From an uncultured Bacilli bacterium (GTDB taxonomy: Bacteria > Bacillota_I > Bacilli_A > RF39 > UBA660): 64,000 nucleotides of DNA. Shown one piece after another: positions 46,820-56,795 of the stretch (its first letter is position 1; each line of letters starts with the position of its first letter). The notes beneath the pieces were generated by a model that saw only the letters and a program-made list of their open reading frames with translations, did no database searches and had not been told where the DNA came from. A program made the translations under genes and the position numbers. The stretch covers positions 3,618 to 67,617 of the forward strand of contig CALVKM010000005.1 of NCBI GenBank assembly GCA_944332705.1, written 5' to 3'.

Positions 46820-49159
46820 ATGAGAAAAGAAGAATTATTGTTTAGAAATTATCAAAAATCTTTAAAACAAAAATATAATGCTGTTTGTTTTGATATTGAT
46901 GGTACTTTAACTGTTAAAGATTCAAAGTCAATTGATGATAGAGCGATAGAAATGATTATAAATTTATTAAGAAAAAAAATTCCAGTAGTATTTATTACTG
47001 GACGTGGTGAAACCGGACTGAACGATTTGAAAAATGACATATATGAAAGTGTTAAATATGCCAAAAATATAACTGATAATGATATAAAGAGAATATATGT
47101 TTTGACTAATGATGGGGCCAGATTATTTTATAGTAAAAATACATCTAAAGAAAAATTTTTAAATGAAAGTGTTTATATTTCTACAAAAGAAGAATTAAAT
47201 CAATTGTCAAACATAAATAAAATGATTGATAATATAAAAAAGAATTATTTATACGATGATTGTTTTAATGTTACATATTCTAAAGATTTAAAAACTGATG
47301 AAATTATAAATATTAGAATTGTATTTAATACAAATGAAAAAAAAGAGATAGATTTGGTGTTTGATAGTATTGAAACCTTTATACAAGATAATGATTTTCA
47401 TGAAATTCATTTAACTAGAGGTATGTATAAAAATAAAGCAGTTATTCAAATAGGCACCGCTACTAAAGATAAGGCTATTGAAAGAGCAGAAGAAATAATA
47501 GGTGTACCTAAGAATTCGATGATGAGAGTTGGTGATTGTGGTGATTTACGTGGAAATGATTATGCAATGCTTAATTGTAATCAGGGATATAGCGTAGATA
47601 AAACAAATGGTTCTATAAATTCTTGTTTTCCTGTATTTGATGAATATGGTAATATAATAAAAGGAGTAGATGCCACACTTCAGTTGGTAAAAAGTGCTAA
47701 AATTCTGCCTACAGTGTGTTTGGAAAAAGCTGATAAACTTACTTATCAACGACAATTTGCTAATATAGAAAAAAATATTGTTTTAGGCAGAAAGAAATTA
47801 TTAAATAAGTATAATGAAATTATTAATAAAAATTTTAATGAATGCAATGGTATAGATGATTTGTTTGATAAATTCAGTGGGAGTGTTAAAATACCAATGT
47901 ATGAATGGGAACTTTTAGAAAATAATTCCTTAAAAGAATTATGGAAGGCATCAATTAACGGGAATCAAATTTATTCAATTAGAGATGACAATAATTACCT
48001 TTTACGAGGATCTAGTACTTATTATTATTTTATATCAAATCGAATAAGTAATAATGGCGTTGATGTTACATCAAAAAATGATATATTGAATTGGCATCAA
48101 AATTATTTAATTTTTTTAAACAATTCAATACAGGCAGTTTCAATAGCCGATAATTTAAATAATCAAATTAATAAAAAAATGTTACTAGGTATTTTAGATA
48201 ATTGTAGAAATGTCCTACTTGTTTTGTTAAATCATAATTTATTTTCAAATTATTATGATAATAATATTTTGTTAGATATTTCTTCAAGTAATGAAAAACA
48301 AATTTTTAGTATTTATAATTCTTTATTTGAAGTTGATAAAATGATGAGTAAAATATGTTTTCATCCACAATATATTATAAGTAAAGATTGGATTATTGAA
48401 AATATAATTAATACAAAAATTGTTTTGGAAGATAATCTAAAAATTGAGATTAATAATGAAGAGAAAGTGGATTATTCAAAAGATTATAGAGCTTATAGAG
48501 AAATCGATAATTTTGGAGAAAACTATGTAGCGGTGTCTTTATATAAGGAGAAAAGCAACAATAATGAAGTTAGTAGTGCGTGCGGACTAAGTTATGGTGG
48601 CATAGAATTGCCAATATTAACTAAAATAATAAATCAAAACAAGGTCGAAAAATTATTTCTTTTAAAATTTAACAAGAAAGTATCTGGTTATACCAATAAA
48701 CAGCTTATTGATTTGAGGAATTTCAATATAAATGATTTTGGAGGATTAATAAATTCTGAATATTTTAAAGGATTAACTGTTGATTTGTTTGATGATAATG
48801 TTTTAACCGGTAAAACCTTACAATTAGCTATTAACTCTTTGTATGATTGTGATATTCATGTTAAAAATGTTTGTATTGTTAGATATCCTAGCATTAATAG
48901 AATTAATCAGATGTTTTTAGATAATCCAGCAGCCGTTGATTATCATTTGTTTTTTGATTATATATATGGTTTATGCTTTAATAGTCCTTATAGTTGGAAA
49001 GATAATGAATGGAAGTACGAAAATGGTACTATTAATTATACTGATACATTAGGCGTGTTTGATTTAAATAGAAAAAAGATAATAGAGTGTTTAGTAAAAA
49101 ATCATGATTTTAATGAATATAGTGAAGTTGGAGAATATAAAAGGAGATTAGTAAAATGA
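46820..49159 (+). CDS. fusion protein: Cof-type HAD phosphatase, unknown helical middle region, phosphoribosyltransferase
   Basis: HAD motifs FDIDGT (res 24-29), ITGR and GDCGDLRGNDYAM. PRTase PRPP-binding loop VDLFDDNVLTGKTL (res 653-666). Residues about 300-570 are unassignable. Confidence 0.7.
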   Translation: MRKEELLFRNYQKSLKQKYNAVCFDIDGTLTVKDSKSIDDRAIEMIINLLRKKIPVVFITGRGETGLNDLKNDIYESVKYAKNITDNDIKRIYVLTNDGARLFYSKNTSKEKFLNESVYISTKEELNQLSNINKMIDNIKKNYLYDDCFNVTYSKDLKTDEIINIRIVFNTNEKKEIDLVFDSIETFIQDNDFHEIHLTRGMYKNKAVIQIGTATKDKAIERAEEIIGVPKNSMMRVGDCGDLRGNDYAMLNCNQGYSVDKTNGSINSCFPVFDEYGNIIKGVDATLQLVKSAKILPTVCLEKADKLTYQRQFANIEKNIVLGRKKLLNKYNEIINKNFNECNGIDDLFDKFSGSVKIPMYEWELLENNSLKELWKASINGNQIYSIRDDNNYLLRGSSTYYYFISNRISNNGVDVTSKNDILNWHQNYLIFLNNSIQAVSIADNLNNQINKKMLLGILDNCRNVLLVLLNHNLFSNYYDNNILLDISSSNEKQIFSIYNSLFEVDKMMSKICFHPQYIISKDWIIENIINTKIVLEDNLKIEINNEEKVDYSKDYRAYREIDNFGENYVAVSLYKEKSNNNEVSSACGLSYGGIELPILTKIINQNKVEKLFLLKFNKKVSGYTNKQLIDLRNFNINDFGGLINSEYFKGLTVDLFDDNVLTGKTLQLAINSLYDCDIHVKNVCIVRYPSINRINQMFLDNPAAVDYHLFFDYIYGLCFNSPYSWKDNEWKYENGTINYTDTLGVFDLNRKKIIECLVKNHDFNEYSEVGEYKRRLVK

Positions 49160-51111
49160 GAGTAGTAAGTATTGGTGATTTAGTAGTTGATTATTATTAC
49201 AAAGATCAAAAATTATTGGGAATAAACGGAGGTATGACATCTCATAACATTATTGCTAATTTAGCAAAAATGAAAATACCTGTTTCAGTTTTTGGAGTAT
49301 GCGGTAATGATATTCAAGGGCAAATAGCAATTGAAAGTTTAAAAAAACTAGGTGTAGATATAGATAATATAAAAATGTTAGATAATGTTAAAACTCGTAC
49401 TTTTCATGTATCTTATTTTGATAATGATGGTAAGTTAACCTTTGTTTCCAAAAAAAGATGTCCATTTTGTCAAAATAAAAAATGGTATGAAGAAAGTTTA
49501 ATTGATATAAAAAACATTATTGATAATATTAAACATGACGATATTTTAATATTTGATAATTTAAATAATAAAAATCAAACAATTATTGATAAAACTGATA
49601 ATAAAAAAATAATTGATTTAGGACAGTATTTTGAATTTGAAGTCTTGTCTAATCAAGAGATAATTGATAAGTTAGCAAATAAGTTTGAAATAATTAATTT
49701 TAATGAAAGAGTTAGTAAATATTTGTTAAATAGATTAAAATTAAAGGATGATGTAGAGTTATATAATTTACTTAAACCGAGATTTATGAGTATAACTCGA
49801 GGTGAAAATGGTGCTACATTTATAGAAAGTGGTAAAGAGTATAATTTTGATTTGATTTATAAAGGAAAAGTTGTTGATTCTACTGGGGCGGGTGATGCTT
49901 TTATTTCTAGCATAATAAAAGATGCTATTAAAAATAATTTTAAATATGATAGTAATTTATTTAGAAAATGGTATGAAAATTCTAATAAATTAACTTCTAA
50001 AGTAGTATCTGTTATGGGGGCTAGAGGACATATTAATACATTGTTTAAAATTAAAAAAATGGATAATTGTTGTACTTGTGATAATTTAATTTATATAAAA
50101 AGAAAAACTATTAAAAGATGCAATATAAACATTAATAATTTGGAATCTAGGATTATTAATGCTCTTAATTCTTCTGCTAGTAAAATGGTGAATAATATAG
50201 GTTTTAATGAAAATGATAATTGTTTGTTTATTGGAACAGGTGGTTCCTATGCGGGAGCTTATTTTGCATCTAAAATTATTAATTTATTATATGGCTGTAA
50301 CACCTATGCTTTATATCCTAGGGATGTATTATATCGAAATAATCAAAATATAAATAAAGTTATTTTATTTTCTTATTCTGGCACAACTAATGATATTATT
50401 AATAGTGTTAAAGATTTTGATAAGAAAAACATGTATATTATTACTAAAGGAGATATTAAAAATATAGTTTTAAAAACAGGAATAACAAAGAAAAACATTT
50501 TATGTTATAAAACATCAACAAATAAAGGAAAAGAAAGAGGTTTTTTATCATTTGAGGGAGCAGTAGTACCTGCGGCAATATTTTTTAAATATTACTATAA
50601 TATAGTTGATAATACATTTGATATAAATAACTTTGTCAAAGAATCTATAACTTATTGGAAGAATTATTTGAATCAAATTTTGAACAAAGAAATTATAAAT
50701 GAAATAAAAAAACACAATTTAATAAATATTTTCCGAGGAGACTATACTGATAGTGCTTGTTATGATTTAGAGAGTAAAATTATTGAATCTGGTGTATTTA
50801 ATTGTATAATGCATGAAAAAAAGAATTTTTCTCATGGAAGATTCATTAATTATGAAAATTTAAATAATATACATTCCATTTATTTTAAACAAAAATTTAC
50901 TAGTAAATATGAAGTAGAATTAATTAAATATTTGAAAGATAAGAATTTAATTATTGAAAGTAGATATAATGGAATACTTGCGGAATTTGATCTTTTAATT
51001 GCATCACAATTTATCGTTTATTATATTGGTAAAATACTAAACATTGATGTATCAAAACCAAAATATTCTGATGATGCAATGAATATTTATTTTTATAAAG
51101 GGGAAATGTAG
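49156..51111 (+). CDS. fusion protein: PfkB-family sugar kinase plus GlmS-C/AgaS/FrlB-like double SIS domain
   Basis: PfkB motifs GGMTSHNIIANLA and DSTGAGDAF (res 241-249). SIS motifs GTGGSYAGAYFASK and LFSYSGTTND. A second SIS-like segment reads ESKIIESG...HEKKNFSHGRF. Confidence 0.7.
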   Translation: MRVVSIGDLVVDYYYKDQKLLGINGGMTSHNIIANLAKMKIPVSVFGVCGNDIQGQIAIESLKKLGVDIDNIKMLDNVKTRTFHVSYFDNDGKLTFVSKKRCPFCQNKKWYEESLIDIKNIIDNIKHDDILIFDNLNNKNQTIIDKTDNKKIIDLGQYFEFEVLSNQEIIDKLANKFEIINFNERVSKYLLNRLKLKDDVELYNLLKPRFMSITRGENGATFIESGKEYNFDLIYKGKVVDSTGAGDAFISSIIKDAIKNNFKYDSNLFRKWYENSNKLTSKVVSVMGARGHINTLFKIKKMDNCCTCDNLIYIKRKTIKRCNININNLESRIINALNSSASKMVNNIGFNENDNCLFIGTGGSYAGAYFASKIINLLYGCNTYALYPRDVLYRNNQNINKVILFSYSGTTNDIINSVKDFDKKNMYIITKGDIKNIVLKTGITKKNILCYKTSTNKGKERGFLSFEGAVVPAAIFFKYYYNIVDNTFDINNFVKESITYWKNYLNQILNKEIINEIKKHNLINIFRGDYTDSACYDLESKIIESGVFNCIMHEKKNFSHGRFINYENLNNIHSIYFKQKFTSKYEVELIKYLKDKNLIIESRYNGILAEFDLLIASQFIVYYIGKILNIDVSKPKYSDDAMNIYFYKGEM

Positions 51112-51136
51112 AATAAAAATCTACATTTTTTTAAAT
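51107..51136 (+). repeat. 30-bp direct repeat copy 2, also a rho-independent terminator
   Basis: Identical 30-mer to 45553-45582. It supplies the TAG stop of 49156..51111. Confidence 0.95.
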
Positions 51137-51171
51137 TAAGATTCATATACTTGTTTTGGGAGGACAAGCAT

Positions 51172-53728
<2,557 letters not shown>

Positions 53729-53730
<2 letters not shown>

Positions 53731-53754
53731 AAATTGCAAATTTGCAATTTTTTA
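53729..53754 (+). terminator. rho-independent terminator of the ATPase gene
   Basis: AAATTGCAAATTTGCAATTT palindrome followed by a T-run. Confidence 0.65.
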
Positions 53755-53829
53755 ATATTTTTATATATCTAAACGAACCCCCAACAGCGCTACTTTAATC
53801 AAAAATAAGCAAAGAATAAGCAAAAATGG

Positions 53830-53858
53830 TTGCATTTTTGCTCTTTGTGTAATATAAT
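53830..53858 (+). promoter_or_regulatory. sigma-A type promoter of the tRNA pair
   Basis: TTGCAT, a 17-nt spacer, then TATAAT, ending 21 nt upstream of tRNA-Arg. Confidence 0.55.
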
Positions 53859-53879
53859 TATAGTGCACCCAGAAATTCT

Positions 53880-53956
53880 ACGCCCATAGCTCAATTGGAT
53901 AGAGCGCTAGACTACGGATCTAGAGGTTGGGGGTTCGAATCCCTTTGGGCGTACCA
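53880..53956 (+). tRNA. tRNA-Arg (anticodon ACG)
   Basis: A manually folded 77-nt cloverleaf. Acceptor ACGCCCA/TGGGCGT, D-arm GCTC..GAGC, anticodon stem CTAGA/TCTAG with loop CTACGGA, T-loop TTCGAAT, encoded CCA. Confidence 0.9.
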
Positions 53957-53969
53957 TTTTTTAGGATAA

Positions 53970-54046
53970 CGAGAAGTAGCACAATTTGGTAGTGCACTTG
54001 GTTTGGGACCAAGGGGTTGCAGGTTCAAATCCTGTCTTCTCGACCA
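53970..54046 (+). tRNA. tRNA-Pro (anticodon UGG)
   Basis: 77-nt cloverleaf. Acceptor CGAGAAG/CTTCTCG, anticodon stem CTTGG/CCAAG with loop TTTGGGA, T-loop TTCAAAT, encoded CCA. Confidence 0.9.
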
Positions 54047-54188
54047 TTTTGAAATTTAAGTCCGATATGGGCTTTTTTTATACCCCAAACAAGTGTACAG
54101 TTTATTTTAATAATTTGTTAATACGCCCAAATGGTTATGTTGTGTTAAAATTATTAATATGATATACTTATTATGGATGGTGTCAAAG

Positions 54189-54998
54189 ATGGAAAAAAAG
54201 AAAAAAAGAAATATAAAAAAAGAAATTAAATATGAATTGAAACATCATAAAAAGGCATTTATTGTTTATTTTGTTTTAAGATTTTTAATATTAGTAACTT
54301 TAGTATTACAATTAATTCGTGGTAATTATGAACATGCCTTTTATTGTGTATTAACTTTAATTTTATTTTTAATACCAGGTTTTATTGAAAGAAAGTTTAA
54401 TATTGAGATGCCAGAAACATTAGAAATAGTTGTATTTTTATTTGTTTTTGCAGCGGAAATTTTGGGAGAAATGCAAAATTTCTTTAATTTGTTTTCGCAT
54501 TGGGATACAATTTTACATACAATTAATGGCTTTTTATGTGCGGCGATTGGATTTTCTTTGATTGATATTTTAAATCGAACAGAAAAGTTTCATTTAAATT
54601 TATCACCAATATTTGTAGCAATAGTTGGATTTTGTTTTTCTATGACTATCGGAGTATTGTGGGAATTTTTTGAATATGGAGTAGATGTATATTTTAAAAC
54701 TGATATGCAAAAAGATACTGTTGTTGAAAAAATATCTTCAGTTTCTTTAAATGAAACGGGAGAAAATGTGGCAATACATGTTGATGGTATTACAGAATCT
54801 AGTATTGTTACTAGTGATGGAACAACATATGTAATAAATGATGGATATTTAGACATTGGTTTAATTGATACTATGGAGGATTTAGCTGTTAACTTTATTG
54901 GGGCAATAATTTATTGTGTAATTGGATTTTTCTATGTTAAAAATAGAGATAAAGATAGTATTGCTTCTAAATTCTTACTTCGCATTAAGGAGGAATAA
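54189..54998 (+). CDS. multi-pass membrane protein of unknown function
   Basis: ATG 54189 (MEKKKKRNIKK), several hydrophobic segments, no family confidently recognised. Confidence 0.5.
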   Translation: MEKKKKRNIKKEIKYELKHHKKAFIVYFVLRFLILVTLVLQLIRGNYEHAFYCVLTLILFLIPGFIERKFNIEMPETLEIVVFLFVFAAEILGEMQNFFNLFSHWDTILHTINGFLCAAIGFSLIDILNRTEKFHLNLSPIFVAIVGFCFSMTIGVLWEFFEYGVDVYFKTDMQKDTVVEKISSVSLNETGENVAIHVDGITESSIVTSDGTTYVINDGYLDIGLIDTMEDLAVNFIGAIIYCVIGFFYVKNRDKDSIASKFLLRIKEE

Positions 54999-55654
54999 TG
55001 AAATTTTTTCTAAGATTTGGTCATCTTTTAGTATTATTCTTAATTTTGTTATTAGCTTTAATTTGTGTAAATGAACTTGGATATTTAGATAGGTGGAAGA
55101 CATCAAATATAGAAGTTTCCTTTATAAAAAGTGATGTTGATTATGATTCTGATGGAATAGATGATTATACTGATATTTTAAATGGGGCAAGAAGTTTTAT
55201 TGCAATGAATCCTAAATATAAAAGTGATTATTATACTGGAGGATATCCTGATGATGGTAATTACGTTTGTACTGATTTGATTTGGTATGCTCTTGAGGAA
55301 GCCGGATATGACTTTAAAGAAATGATTGATGAAGATATTCGGGAAAATCAAAGTGATTATGATATAGAGATAATTGATTCTAATATAGATTTTCGACGGG
55401 TTCGTAATATTCGAGTTTTTTTAGAGAAATATACGGAAAGTTTAACTGTTGATGCTCAAGATTATGAATCGTGGCAAGGTGGAGATATTGTTGTTTATGA
55501 AGACCATATTGGTATTGTAAGTGATAAAAGAAATAATGAAGGAATTAGTTATATAATTCATCATGATGGGTATCATAATTATGAAGAAGATGGTTTAACT
55601 CGTAAAAAAATAGTGGGCCATTATCGCTTTAATTTGAATACGGAGAGTGCCTAA
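54998..55654 (+). CDS. DUF1287-like exported protein
   Basis: YTGGYPDDGNYVCTDLIWYALEEAGYDF...IDFRRVRNI...GDIVVYEDHIGIVSD...IIHH matches the DUF1287 pattern as I recall it. Confidence 0.6.
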   Translation: MKFFLRFGHLLVLFLILLLALICVNELGYLDRWKTSNIEVSFIKSDVDYDSDGIDDYTDILNGARSFIAMNPKYKSDYYTGGYPDDGNYVCTDLIWYALEEAGYDFKEMIDEDIRENQSDYDIEIIDSNIDFRRVRNIRVFLEKYTESLTVDAQDYESWQGGDIVVYEDHIGIVSDKRNNEGISYIIHHDGYHNYEEDGLTRKKIVGHYRFNLNTESA

Positions 55655-56182
55655 TTGAATGATGATAAAGCTAGAAAAAAAGAAATAGTTAAAGATTTAT
55701 TGAAAGAAGATTTGAAAACTGATGATGAAGAAGAATTAATCGAAATGTTAATTGATGAACCTTTGGCAATTGATATTGATAAGTTAGAAGATGAAAAAAG
55801 AACTTTTGGGGATAAACTTGCAGATGTGGTTGCAGCAACTGTAGGTTCTTGGCCTTTTATAATTGTTTTTGTTCTTTTTTTATTCTTTTGGATGTTTTTA
55901 AATGAATATTTAAAAGGTTTTGATCCATTTCCATTTATATTACTTAATTTGGTATTATCTTGCATTGCTGCTTTGCAAGCTCCTATTATTATGATGAGTC
56001 AAAATAGGGAAGCTAAAAAAGATAGTATGCGTAGTAAAAATGATTATCGAATTGATTTAAAAAGTGAACTAATATTGGAAGTATTACATGAACAAATGAT
56101 GCAAATTACTAAAATAGAGCAAAAAATATTACGAATTTTGGAGGAAAATAATATAAATTTGCAAGATATTGACAAAAAATAG
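55655..56182 (+). CDS. DUF1003 family membrane protein
   Basis: FGDKLADVVAATVGSWPFI...FDPFPFILLNLVLSCIAALQAPIIMMSQNRE matches the DUF1003 signature. TTG start. Confidence 0.7.
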   Translation: MNDDKARKKEIVKDLLKEDLKTDDEEELIEMLIDEPLAIDIDKLEDEKRTFGDKLADVVAATVGSWPFIIVFVLFLFFWMFLNEYLKGFDPFPFILLNLVLSCIAALQAPIIMMSQNREAKKDSMRSKNDYRIDLKSELILEVLHEQMMQITKIEQKILRILEENNINLQDIDKK

Positions 56183-56240
56183 TTAAAAGTAGTTCAAAAA
56201 GTGTCCCAAAAGTGATATAATTTATAGACGTGAGGTAAAA

Positions 56241-56729
56241 ATGACATTAAAAAAAGAAATAGAATTTAATAATATTGTTAATGATATACTTAAAAATAAA
56301 GAGTTTATTGCATTAAAATATGAGATTCATCATGGCATTTCAAGACTTGATCACTCATTGAATGTAGCTAAGGTTACATATCAAACTTGCAAAAAACTAA
56401 AAGTGAAAAATTATGAAGAAATTACTAGAGCGGCATTATTACATGACTTTTTTAAAAATGATGAAGTTACAAATAAAGCGTTTTTAAATCATCCTGCTAT
56501 ATCTTTAAAAAATGCTCAAGATAATTTTAATTTAACTAAAAAACAAGCTAATATTATTGAATCGCATATGTTTCCATTTACTAGTGTTATGCCTAATAAT
56601 GTTGGAAGTTTTATAGTTACTAGTGCTGATAAATTTGTGGCTTTATATGAATGTGTTAAGTTTAAAGCACCGATTAAAGTGGGAGCATCTTTCCTATTTA
56701 TTTTAAACTTATGTTTTATTCAAAGATAA
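56241..56729 (+). CDS. HD-domain phosphohydrolase
   Basis: HHGISRLDHSLNVA and LLHDFF motifs. Confidence 0.7.
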   Translation: MTLKKEIEFNNIVNDILKNKEFIALKYEIHHGISRLDHSLNVAKVTYQTCKKLKVKNYEEITRAALLHDFFKNDEVTNKAFLNHPAISLKNAQDNFNLTKKQANIIESHMFPFTSVMPNNVGSFIVTSADKFVALYECVKFKAPIKVGASFLFILNLCFIQR

Positions 56730-56756
56730 ACAACTATAGAGTTGTTTATTTTTTTT
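56728..56756 (+). terminator. rho-independent terminator
   Basis: AAACAAC / GTTGTTT stem, 6-nt loop, T8. Confidence 0.7.
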
Positions 56757-56795
56757 CAGATTTATGGTATTATTAGAATACGAGGATGTGAAAAT

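Noticed and set aside
45553-51136. Calling the repeat-flanked cassette a mobile element
   Set aside because: No transposase, integrase, recombinase or terminal inverted repeats are present. Only the direct repeats suggest insertion, so it is reported as a finding and not annotated as a mobile_element.
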